This document shows positions 1 through 7,785 of a DNA stretch of 43,934 nt, piece by piece; position 1 is the first letter of the stretch, and each line of letters begins with the position of its first letter. The DNA lies in the IMG/VR virus record IMGVR_UViG_3300011547_000001; one strand, 5' to 3'. The stretch is from an uncultured virus (IMG/VR IMGVR_UViG_3300011547_000001). Its lineage: Duplodnaviria > Heunggongvirae > Uroviricota > Caudoviricetes. The translations under genes and the position numbers were made by a program. Under the pieces are notes generated by a model. That model saw only the letters and a program-made list of their open reading frames with translations. It did no database searches and was not told the DNA's origin.

Positions 1-167
1 TCAGCCTTTACAGGGGCCGCGTCAGCAAGATAGAATGCTGGGATACCGGTCTTCTTGCTGACTTGCACAACGTACTGCTTACCCGAGAACAATTGAGCAT
101 CCTACCCCATGCCTTTCAAAGCCGAGGGCTCACTCGTTTCAAACATTAATGCCAGTTTGCTTTCCAT
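1..167 (-). pseudogene. Partial hypothetical gene with an in-frame TAG at 102-104
   Basis: Translated by hand: MESKLALMFETSEPSALKGMG*DAQLFSGKQYVVQVSKKTGIPAFYLADAAPVKA. The frame stays open to the window edge after the TAG. Confidence 0.45.
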
Positions 168-172
168 ATACC

Positions 173-709
173 CTACTTGTAAGTCCTTGTCCAGCGGAAA
201 TGAACATCCTCAGGCCCAACCTCTGCGAGTGGTTCCTTTGGATCGTTGAATGGGTGACTCCATGCAATCTTCGACTTGGTGGTATTCTTGACCTCAACTT
301 CACCAACCAGCTTCATTTGCACTTCATCGAGAATCAGATATTCTTGGCTGACATGTGCGTCCCAGACCATACGGTTCTCGGTAAGCATGCCAGGTGTTAC
401 AACCCGCTCATCTCCTTTGAATACTGGCGAGTACACAAAGAAGTTCATGTGCGGGTACTTGTTCTCCTTGAAGAACTTAACAACATTCGGGAATACACCA
501 AGGAAACAACCTCGAATGCTGTCAGACACGGAGATGCGTCCTAGGTTTGGTTCGGGATACCATTCCTCATTGCCAGCGTGATTCTCATCTGGCTTTTGAT
601 TGAACTCAGGATCCCAGACACCGGCGAGCTTTCCATTGAAACTGATATGGTACAACTGACCCACACCGAGTTTCGTTAACATTGACGCTGGGATACTTTT
701 GACTTTCAT
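173..709 (-). CDS. Hypothetical phage protein, possible ADP-ribosyltransferase-like fold
   Basis: 178-aa ORF with YHIS...RISVSDSI...DAHVSQEYLIL, recalling the ART strand1/strand2/Glu arrangement. Function is inferred. Confidence 0.75.
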   Translation of the reverse strand: MKVKSIPASMLTKLGVGQLYHISFNGKLAGVWDPEFNQKPDENHAGNEEWYPEPNLGRISVSDSIRGCFLGVFPNVVKFFKENKYPHMNFFVYSPVFKGDERVVTPGMLTENRMVWDAHVSQEYLILDEVQMKLVGEVEVKNTTKSKIAWSHPFNDPKEPLAEVGPEDVHFRWTRTYK

Positions 710-725
710 ACGACACCTGTAAGTA

Positions 726-756
726 AGTGGGTTCCTATCAAAAGATGGAACCCACT
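726..756 (-). terminator. Intergenic hairpin, possible terminator
   Basis: agtgggttcc...ggaacccact inverted repeat with a weak U tract. Confidence 0.4.
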
Positions 757-763
757 ACCTGGG

Positions 764-1525
764 TTATCCCCTCATCCAGGGTTGGAAGTCACGAGCGTGC
801 TTGTCGCGTACGCCCATCTTGGTGTACTCGTAGCGATCACCGCCGAGTACGAGCGGTTCAGCACGACGCACTTGCAGTTCCCGATGACCACCAGCGCCAG
901 CGACCATATTGATCATGTGCATGCTGGCGCCGCGATTGGTAGGTGCGTTTTGCACGATCAGACCCTGGCTGATTTCTGCGGCCCGCTCCCGGATATTTTC
1001 TAGACGGGTGCGCATTCCGTCCAGCCATTCACGCAGATGAGTTCCGGGGAAGTGGCTTTTGGAGATCGGGGTTTCGTCGCTGATGATCCCGATAGTACCC
1101 CGGCGAAACCCACCCTGCATAACGATTTCCGACAGGATGTTGGACTTCGGACGATCACCGAGGAAAGATGGCCACGCAACAATGGTGGTCATCTCACCGC
1201 GCTTGAGGCCGCGATTTTCGAAAGTCGGATCTTCTTCCGTGCGGTGTTTGTGGGGTTCGTAACCTTTACCACTACCCACGCGGCAGTCCTTGGTGAGAGA
1301 TGAATGACCGGAGTGCTTGGAATTCAGCACGGCGTCGGAAGAACGATTGGCGTAGTAATGCTTACGCCTGGTGGTGACCGAGTCGATGTACTGAGGACCC
1401 AGGTCGTGGACGATGCGGTCGCCTACTACCAGCTCGTTGTAATCGTTGATCTTGACGGTGTCGATCGAGGTCACGATGTTGTGCTCAGCCATCAAGGCAA
1501 AGCCAATGGTGTTTTTCAGCTTCAT
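764..1525 (-). CDS. Hypothetical protein with two degenerate DnaB/RecA-like P-loop segments
   Basis: 253-aa ORF containing GLKRGEMTTIVA...PKS and GGFRRGTIGIIS...SKS; ATGA overlap with the upstream gene. Confidence 0.8.
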   Translation of the reverse strand: MKLKNTIGFALMAEHNIVTSIDTVKINDYNELVVGDRIVHDLGPQYIDSVTTRRKHYYANRSSDAVLNSKHSGHSSLTKDCRVGSGKGYEPHKHRTEEDPTFENRGLKRGEMTTIVAWPSFLGDRPKSNILSEIVMQGGFRRGTIGIISDETPISKSHFPGTHLREWLDGMRTRLENIRERAAEISQGLIVQNAPTNRGASMHMINMVAGAGGHRELQVRRAEPLVLGGDRYEYTKMGVRDKHARDFQPWMRG

Positions 1526-1806
1526 TCACCGATACCTTTACGTTTGGCCCTTACCTTGGCCATGGCTTCTTTTACCCAATCAGGGCGTTCTTTGCTGCGG
1601 GGTTTGCGCTTCGGTTCAATCAGATGGGTCTGCGTGCGATCGACTACAAGCTCGTCTGGTTGAGAGATTGCGTGACCGTCTTTAAACACGGCCATCGACC
1701 GCCTTACATATGGAGTGGGCTGGCACATCATCTCCAACTCCTCCTGGCTCGGGCGATATCCCGCTTCGCCGTCGATTACATTGCCGTCTTTGTCCTTGAG
1801 ACCCAT
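1522..1806 (-). CDS. Hypothetical protein (94 aa, MGLKDKDG...)
   Basis: ATG at 1806 follows a GGAGGAG RBS and overlaps TAA 1806-1808; the longer ORF call runs into foreign sequence. Confidence 0.8.
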   Translation of the reverse strand: MGLKDKDGNVIDGEAGYRPSQEELEMMCQPTPYVRRSMAVFKDGHAISQPDELVVDRTQTHLIEPKRKPRSKERPDWVKEAMAKVRAKRKGIGE

Positions 1807-2753
1807 TACTTCTCCTCCAGAGAGCGTTTGGCCGTTTCCACGGCGCGTTGCAGCATGGCAACCGGGTCNNNNNNNNNNCTTCCCGGTCATTGAAGACCCG
1901 TCGATGGAGATTGCCCGCGCGTACGGCATGATTGACCCACAATCACCGACCAGCGCCACAGTACGAGCCACCTATGTGATTGATCCAAGCGGCTTGATCC
2001 GGGCGATCAGCTGGTACCCGATGAATGTCGGCCGCTCTATCGACGAAATGGTTCGCTTGGTTCAGGCCCTACAGGCAGCAGACGAATACAAGGCGTCTAC
2101 CCCCGCCGCATGGCAACCGGGTCAACCCCATACCAGGAATGGAAGCCGACTGGTGTATGCGGATAGAACTGAACCTCGAGAACTTCGTCCTTTTCCTCCA
2201 TGATCTTGCGGTCTTCCGGGGTTACCTCGCACCAGCCCGCTGCGTCAGGCTTGAACCTGCGTGGATCTTGAAGCTCTTCTTCAGCGAAGAACTGAACAGC
2301 AGTCGCGTCGTAGATCGGCCCGCGGACGTTCATTTGATCGAACGCGCCTTTGAAGGCGTTGAGTCTGAACTCAACCGACGCCTTACAGAGATCGCTCAGC
2401 TCTTGCAGCAACGCGGTTACGTTCTCGGCTGGGTACTCAATTACACCATCCCAGCCAAGTACCTCCTGGGCCTTCGCCAGCGCTGTAGCCGCGGCCGACT
2501 TGACATCGGCTCCGTGGGCGGTAAGGTAGAGCGCGCCGCGAGCTGGACGAAAATCGATTGCAACCATGGTGTCGGCTGCAATCATTGCCGCTTTGACGTC
2601 TTCGGAAACGGAGTCGTAGATGTGTGGGAAAGACTCGATCTCTTCCAGTACGGACTGGTAGCTAACGCGGTTGCCATTGATATCGATATCGATGTTACCC
2701 TGGCAGACCTTGTACAGAGCGAACAGCGGGTCTTGCGATGCAGTTGCAGACAT
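1806..2753 (-). CDS. Hypothetical protein with a tandem duplicated domain, split by the foreign segment
   Basis: Joining at the repeated 16-mer restores ...YGVDPVAMLQRAVETAKRSLEEK*, whose TAA overlaps the next ATG. The start ATG at 2753 overlaps the upstream TAA. Confidence 0.75.
1853..2123 (+). repeat. 16-bp direct repeat gcatggcaaccgggtc (1853-1868 and 2108-2123)
   Basis: Exact match read in the sequence. Confidence 0.9.
1879..2123 (+). other. Fragment of a bacterial peroxiredoxin (AhpC/Prx6-type C-terminal half), probable assembly chimera
   Basis: FPVIEDPSMEIARAYGMI...TVRATYVIDPSG.IRAI.WYPMNVGRSIDEMVRLVQALQ...TPAAWQPG. It adjoins an N gap and the repeated 16-mer. Confidence 0.85.
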
Positions 2754-3301
2754 TAGAGACTCTCCACGTAGTTGAACCATTCTTGTAAAGCCCATGAGGC
2801 TCTGGCATCCTGGCACTGTTTAATGTCCTCGGCCACACGCCGGTAAAAGATAGGCGCGTATTTCCGGTACATCGCTTCTTCGAGATCGAAATACGACAGT
2901 GGCCTGACGTACGGTTTCTTTTTCTCAGTTGGGCGATTGGCCATGGCGTAACGTGGATAAAGCTTGGCTACGGCGTCCCAGGTCCATTGCTCCAGGGGTT
3001 CCTTCAACCGGAGCATTTCCACCGGATAGAGCATTTCCAGCTCATCTACCGGATAACCGGCGGTCAGGTACCGCGGAGGTTCAGAGAACATGGCATCGAC
3101 CAAAGCAGTTACTTTCATCCCCGAGACGGAGAGTTCAGTAACCACCTGGTTGTCAGCCACGCTATGGTGTTGTGCGAAGCCAACGAGTGGGTCCACATAA
3201 GGGGCCACTTTAACGCAGGCAGCCTCACCCCCATCGTAAAACAGGATGTGCTCTTCACCCGTGACGGTCATCCGCACAATGTTCTTATTCAGCCAACCCA
3301 T
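2753..3301 (-). CDS. Hypothetical protein
   Basis: 182-aa ORF in a tightly coupled operon. Confidence 0.8.
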   Translation of the reverse strand: MGWLNKNIVRMTVTGEEHILFYDGGEAACVKVAPYVDPLVGFAQHHSVADNQVVTELSVSGMKVTALVDAMFSEPPRYLTAGYPVDELEMLYPVEMLRLKEPLEQWTWDAVAKLYPRYAMANRPTEKKKPYVRPLSYFDLEEAMYRKYAPIFYRRVAEDIKQCQDARASWALQEWFNYVESL

Positions 3302-3716
3302 GATCGTCTACCTTTTTTAGGGTGGTCAACATGTCCGCAATTTGATTTGCGAACTGCAGATTGGACTTGGTGGTGATACCAGGGCGCTTGATCACCAGAG
3401 TAGGACCTTCAGTTGTGACAGGACCCACTTGAGTGTCCAGGGTTGGATTGATTGGGAAACGCGGATGAGCCGCAGCGTGCATTGCACTCATCCACATACG
3501 CCGACGCGATGCGGACGTAAGACCACTGTCGGGTTCGACGACAACCTCGTTGAAGCCCAGACCGAGCAGGTGTTTACGAACGCCTTCCAGTGGGTCGATG
3601 CCGCCGCCAGGATGAGTGACGACTTGGTTGAAGTCGAACTTTGGCATTTTGTCGCCGATGTCTTTAACGAGTTTACGGTCCATATCGATCTTTCCTGAGT
3701 TAATTACGTAGGTCAT
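3285..3716 (-). CDS. Hypothetical protein (start MTYVINS)
   Basis: ATG at 3716 follows the upstream stop at 3719. Confidence 0.75.
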   Translation of the reverse strand: MTYVINSGKIDMDRKLVKDIGDKMPKFDFNQVVTHPGGGIDPLEGVRKHLLGLGFNEVVVEPDSGLTSASRRRMWMSAMHAAAHPRFPINPTLDTQVGPVTTEGPTLVIKRPGITTKSNLQFANQIADMLTTLKKVDDHGLAE

Positions 3717-3718
3717 GG

Positions 3719-4348
3719 TTATGCGCCAAGGGCTTCTACGATGGGGTGGGTGTGGAGAGAAACAATGCGATCGCCGGTGCCGTTGATATCCATCAAAACA
3801 GACGATGGTGCTTGAAGTGGCATCCGAGCGAACTCGACGTTGAGGAACAGGTTTTTCCAACGACCAGACAACGTCACATCAAAGCGAACGCTGTCATCCT
3901 TGTCGATAGTCTTGAAGTACTCCATGAAGAAGTGCTTCGCCAGATCATAAAGACGAATGCCCATTTGGGTGTCGTCCATGATGAGCGCCTTGAACAGGTT
4001 CAACCAGGCATCTTCAAAAGTACGGCTGGGAAGATTAGCCACGTAATGGGCTTTGGTGTTTTTGCCGAACCAGAAGTAACTGGTCTTGTTACCATCGCTC
4101 ATCGCAACGACCCGCATGCAGGGCGATTCCTGATTAGGTTTCGGATCGTTTTCACCGCGCACGTGAGTCACGCAGTAGAAATTGATGGGGTACTTCAGGC
4201 CAGGGCGAACGACACTATGCTCGCTGCTGGAAAGGAATGGCTCGAAGTCAGGCACGACAGGTACGCGGTCCACTTTACGCATGGCAAGCTTGCCACCGCG
4301 AAGGGAGAATGGGAAAGCACCCAACTGGGAAAATTCTTTTACGAGCAT
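3719..4348 (-). CDS. Hypothetical protein
   Basis: ORF MLVKEF...; catgataa is duplicated on both sides of the N gap, so the gap probably collapses and places the AGGAG RBS before the ATG. Confidence 0.8.
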   Translation of the reverse strand: MLVKEFSQLGAFPFSLRGGKLAMRKVDRVPVVPDFEPFLSSSEHSVVRPGLKYPINFYCVTHVRGENDPKPNQESPCMRVVAMSDGNKTSYFWFGKNTKAHYVANLPSRTFEDAWLNLFKALIMDDTQMGIRLYDLAKHFFMEYFKTIDKDDSVRFDVTLSGRWKNLFLNVEFARMPLQAPSSVLMDINGTGDRIVSLHTHPIVEALGA

Positions 4349-4417
4349 GATAANNNNNNNNNNCATGATAAGATCTCCTGATCTATCAGAGAGGGGATTA
4401 GTCTCTAGGGTTTACAT

Positions 4418-5224
4418 TTAGCCTTGGCAGAGGCCCTTATAAGAGGACACTGCGGTTTCGTTATCTTTCTGACCAACAAACATGTACATCTCGGCGTTCT
4501 TGAGGTAGATGTTACCCTTCCCGCCTTTCGTAACGTTCTGGCGTTTCCATTTGGCATTGCCGTCTTGGAACGCTTTAACGCTATCGATTTCCAGAATGAC
4601 GAACGGGGTACCGTTATCATTGAGGATGGTCTTCTCGGATGTTCTGGATTCGTCGATCAGGTGATAGCCGAAGAACGACGTGTAATAGAACGTGTACGTC
4701 CGTAGACCTGTGATCTCGTTGTCGCCGAACTTGATCGAGCAGTTCTGCGGTACGTTGTACGATCCCACCTGACGTGTTTCCAGGAAGTACTGGTAAATGT
4801 AGGCACCCGCACCGCCCAGCAAGCAGAGCAGCAAGGGGAACCACAGCAACCAACGCCTCAGGAGGCGTTTCTTACGCGCTTTACGCTCTTCCTGTACCCG
4901 ACGTAGCGCCCCGAGCGCCAACAGGCCCTTGTCGAGTTCTGCGTCCACGCCAGAGGCGTTCTCCTCGATATTGCGTTCCAGCTTGAGGATAGCCTCGCCC
5001 AGATCCAGCTTACTACCTTCGTCGATGGCATCACGAATGACATTACGACGAAGTTCCTCAGCCGAATAACGATCCGGCGGAGTAGACGAGGGGTTGCTCA
5101 GGAAACGATCAGGTGCGTCGTGAATAACACAGGTGTGTTCATCCAAGAGATGCTTAACCTCCTCATCGGTCAACTTAACCGCGCCGTCTTTCTTTACGCT
5201 ATCGGGAATGTGATCCAGCATCAA
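4418..5224 (-). CDS. Single-pass membrane protein
   Basis: 268 aa with a basic stretch followed by a TM helix WLLWFPLLLCLLGGAGAYIY. Confidence 0.85.
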   Translation of the reverse strand: MMLDHIPDSVKKDGAVKLTDEEVKHLLDEHTCVIHDAPDRFLSNPSSTPPDRYSAEELRRNVIRDAIDEGSKLDLGEAILKLERNIEENASGVDAELDKGLLALGALRRVQEERKARKKRLLRRWLLWFPLLLCLLGGAGAYIYQYFLETRQVGSYNVPQNCSIKFGDNEITGLRTYTFYYTSFFGYHLIDESRTSEKTILNDNGTPFVILEIDSVKAFQDGNAKWKRQNVTKGGKGNIYLKNAEMYMFVGQKDNETAVSSYKGLCQG

Positions 5225-5239
5225 GTTACTCCAGTTTGC

Positions 5240-5293
5240 AAAAATAAAGACACGCCCTGTCCCAAGTCTTTCGACCGGGACAGGTGCGCGTCT
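5240..5293 (-). terminator. Rho-independent terminator
   Basis: agacacgccctgtccc...gggacaggtgcgcgtct hairpin followed by TTTATTTTT on the minus strand. Confidence 0.7.
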
Positions 5294-5307
5294 ATAAGAC
5301 CAGGCGA

Positions 5308-5901
5308 TTAAGCCTGGGGTTCAGGTGTCGCATTCAGCCTGTGCGAAAAGAAGGGAATCGCGACCTCGACATCACTGTGCGTGTCAGTGAAGCGGAGAAT
5401 CGAAAAGCCCGGCACGGTAGCAATGCTGCGCGCCAGTGTGAATTGGTACTGTACCCCGTCCAAAGTGAAAGCCGCAAATGGGAATCCGGACGCTGTGAGG
5501 AGCTTGTTGATAAGCACCAGGTACTTGTAGTCGAAGAACTCGCTGACCAGGTTGTAGACTTCTTGGGTGACTGCGATACCACGCATGTTTTCAACACCCG
5601 TTTGTACGGCCAGCATTGGGAAACGTTTGATCGCCGCAACCTTCCCCTCGCGGCTTGCGATGTCAACGTTATTCAGAAGCCGCCCAGATGGGAACCCCTT
5701 GGTCTTCCCGATCTCTATCAGAGTGTCCACCGCGTACACAAACTCTTCGAGCTGAGCAGGGTCCGGCATGATGGACTTGAAGAGACTCTCGAACTCGGCG
5801 TTAAACACCCAGTTCCTTTTAACCACGTCAGAATTCGCGATAGGCGTCAGTCCATTGATCCCCTCCAACTTCATTGCTTGATTCATAGATATTTCCCTCA
5901 A
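5308..5901 (-). CDS. Hypothetical protein, paralog of 6141-6725
   Basis: Shared KGF.xG(R/K)L.xN.D, FTLDG and V.IPF motifs. Confidence 0.85.
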   Translation of the reverse strand: MREISMNQAMKLEGINGLTPIANSDVVKRNWVFNAEFESLFKSIMPDPAQLEEFVYAVDTLIEIGKTKGFPSGRLLNNVDIASREGKVAAIKRFPMLAVQTGVENMRGIAVTQEVYNLVSEFFDYKYLVLINKLLTASGFPFAAFTLDGVQYQFTLARSIATVPGFSILRFTDTHSDVEVAIPFFSHRLNATPEPQA

Positions 5902-5932
5902 AAACAGTTTAAGTATAACGTCATGTTACTTA

Positions 5933-5950
5933 CTAATGATGTAGATTTGA
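5933..5950 (-). promoter_or_regulatory. phiKZ-type early promoter P1
   Basis: Minus strand TCAAATCTACATCATTAG, intergenic, matches the repeated motif. Confidence 0.7.
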
Positions 5951-5963
5951 TTACCTCTTGAAG

Positions 5964-6134
5964 TTAAAGGAAAGCCCAGCCAATAACGAAGCCGATCACA
6001 AAGGTCGACAGGCCGAGCAAAATGCCCTTATGGTAGGGACTTAGTTTAAAGCGACGCTTGGGGCGCGTTTCTTCGTACAGCCAACTATTGCCACCCCAAC
6101 CGCTTTGATAATTTGGATCTGTTGGATCAATCAT
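5964..6134 (-). CDS. Small membrane protein (56 aa, below the ORF-track cutoff)
   Basis: MIDPTDPNYQSGWGGNSWLYEETRPKRRFKLSPYHKGILLGLSTFVIGFVIGWAFL; fills the gap between neighbours and ends in a TM helix. Confidence 0.7.
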   Translation of the reverse strand: MIDPTDPNYQSGWGGNSWLYEETRPKRRFKLSPYHKGILLGLSTFVIGFVIGWAFL

Positions 6135-6140
6135 TTCTAC

Positions 6141-6725
6141 TTAGCCAGCTCGTTGCAAGATGTTTTGTTTTACCAGTGCTGGGCGCAGACGGTCTTTCAT
6201 GAACGGTATACGAACAGCTACCCGGCGTTTCACGTCGATGTAGTCGATGAAGGAGTAATCGTAGTGCGGTGTATCCACCTGGATAAACACACGGAGGGGA
6301 TTACCATCCAGCGTGAAGTCCAGCTCCGACATTCTCATACGTAACATCAAGAGGTAGATCGGGTCAATGTAGCTCTCAAGGAAGAACTCATTGATACTCT
6401 CCTCGACCTCAGAGGAAACCGGGACAATCCGGTAGCTGCTGTCGNNNNNNNNNNAGCTTTTGGCAAAGCTGGCAAATACCTTGGTGACACCAGGATGATG
6501 AACTCGATCGTCAACACGGGTGTCCATATTGGTCATCAGCTTGCCATTCTTGAACCCCTTCATCTCGCTGATTTCGCGGAAGTGATCCATTGCGTAAACG
6601 AATTCGCGCATTACCCCATACATCGTATCCGTTTTCTGGAACGCAGCCACGAACTCAGGATTCAGCTGTCCAAACAAACGGTTATAATACTCCATCGAGT
6701 CAAATACAACACGACCAAGACGCAT
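6141..6725 (-). CDS. Hypothetical protein, paralog of 5308-5901
   Basis: 194-aa ORF spanning an N gap, with an AAGGA RBS. Confidence 0.85.
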   Translation of the reverse strand: MRLGRVVFDSMEYYNRLFGQLNPEFVAAFQKTDTMYGVMREFVYAMDHFREISEMKGFKNGKLMTNMDTRVDDRVHHPGVTKVFASFAKSXXXXDSSYRIVPVSSEVEESINEFFLESYIDPIYLLMLRMRMSELDFTLDGNPLRVFIQVDTPHYDYSFIDYIDVKRRVAVRIPFMKDRLRPALVKQNILQRAG

Positions 6726-6792
6726 GCTTTAATTCCTTGTGATGTTTTATACTGGTCTAAAGGATAGCCCATGCTGTTTTATTAAATTGCGT

Positions 6793-6830
6793 AATAAACC
6801 CTACTGTGCGGGGCAACCCGCACAGTAGGG
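6793..6830 (-). terminator. Rho-independent terminator
   Basis: Perfect 14-bp stem ccctactgtgcggg-gcaa-cccgcacagtaggg followed by TTTATT. Confidence 0.9.
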
Positions 6831-6836
6831 GTTCTA

Positions 6837-7436
6837 TCAGCTCGGGACGAACTCGTCGCCCAGGTCGCCGTAGTAGGTCGGAGGAATCTCGACCACAGGC
6901 TCGGAACCTTGGGCCCATTCCAGCGCACCGTTGAAGGTATCACCGGTCAGAACGACAGTGGTGCCGCCATCGGGTACGTTGACGGTGGGGATGTCGTACA
7001 CCAGCGCGGCACGCAGGGTGGCTTCGACCGCGGTAGCGAAGTCAGCCGCATCCACGTCGGAACCGATGACAATACCCACCTTTTCCACACCGCCGTCCAG
7101 ATAGACGTAGGCGCCGGCCGCGGTCTGGTCAGCCAGATCGGCGAGGGCGGCCAGAGGCTCTTCCTCGTTTTGCAGGATGTACAGCTTGAGCTTGGTCTGG
7201 GCAACCGCCGGGGTCCAGTCCTGCTGGATACCGTGGAAGTTGCGACCCAGCGAGGTTACGGTGGAACGGCGACTGCCGGCTACCGGTTGGGCGATCTCGG
7301 TGATGTCGGTGATGGTGACATCGGCTTCGGTCAGCCCGGTGAACTTCGCGAGCATTTCAGCGTTGTTCTTGTAACGATCCAGGTTGAAAGCCAGGAAGCG
7401 TTCGAAGAACAACGCGCTGTGAGTTTTTGCGGCCAT
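6837..7436 (-). CDS. Hypothetical acidic protein, possibly a virion structural protein
   Basis: AGGAG RBS, strong C/G-ending codon bias, its own terminator and an upstream TATG. Confidence 0.85.
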   Translation of the reverse strand: MAAKTHSALFFERFLAFNLDRYKNNAEMLAKFTGLTEADVTITDITEIAQPVAGSRRSTVTSLGRNFHGIQQDWTPAVAQTKLKLYILQNEEEPLAALADLADQTAAGAYVYLDGGVEKVGIVIGSDVDAADFATAVEATLRAALVYDIPTVNVPDGGTTVVLTGDTFNGALEWAQGSEPVVEIPPTYYGDLGDEFVPS

Positions 7437-7504
7437 GAAAAAGTCTCCTGTAGGGGTTAGCAAATGGGCAAAAGTCCGTTCGCATAGAATCCACAGGGCA
7501 TGGA

Positions 7505-7741
7505 TTAGGCCACGATCAGATGGAAAATCATAGATCCGATAAACACGCCCACTGCTGCGCCAATCGCTGTTTGAAGGCTTTCCTTAAACGAGCGCCCTTT
7601 AATCAGCATGTCTCCGCTAAAGAAGAGAACAGCGAAGAAAGTGATGGTGGCTGTGAGGAAAGAGACCTTTGCAAAGGCATATAAGAACAAGAACAAAAGC
7701 AGTGTCGGAAGCTTAAGGAACTTCCGCATATTGTCTGTCAT
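7505..7741 (-). CDS. Small membrane protein
   Basis: AGGAG RBS before ATG 7741; 2-3 hydrophobic helices. Confidence 0.75.
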   Translation of the reverse strand: MTDNMRKFLKLPTLLLFLFLYAFAKVSFLTATITFFAVLFFSGDMLIKGRSFKESLQTAIGAAVGVFIGSMIFHLIVA

Positions 7742-7750
7742 GACATCTCC

Positions 7751-7777
7751 TAAAAGAAGGGGGTGGTTGCCCACCCC
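7751..7777 (-). terminator. Terminator after the chaperonin gene
   Basis: ggggtgg-ttgc-ccacccc hairpin followed by CTTCTTTT. Confidence 0.7.
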
Positions 7778-7785
7778 GATTGGAT

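Noticed and set aside
102..104. Genome-wide TAG recoding
   Set aside because: Several genes end cleanly in TAG (e.g. 10644, 12673, 36368), and the other genes are intact under the standard code.
1715..2203. Phage-encoded peroxiredoxin as an auxiliary metabolic gene
   Set aside because: Only the C-terminal half is present, without the peroxidatic Cys region. It adjoins an N gap and interrupts a phage gene.
3480..3525. TSASRRRMW as a relic of an RNAP beta-subunit motif
   Set aside because: It is a single short, low-information match with no colinear supporting motifs.
4346..4371. catgataa repeat flanking an N gap, read as a target-site duplication
   Set aside because: It is better explained as a contig-end overlap in the scaffold.
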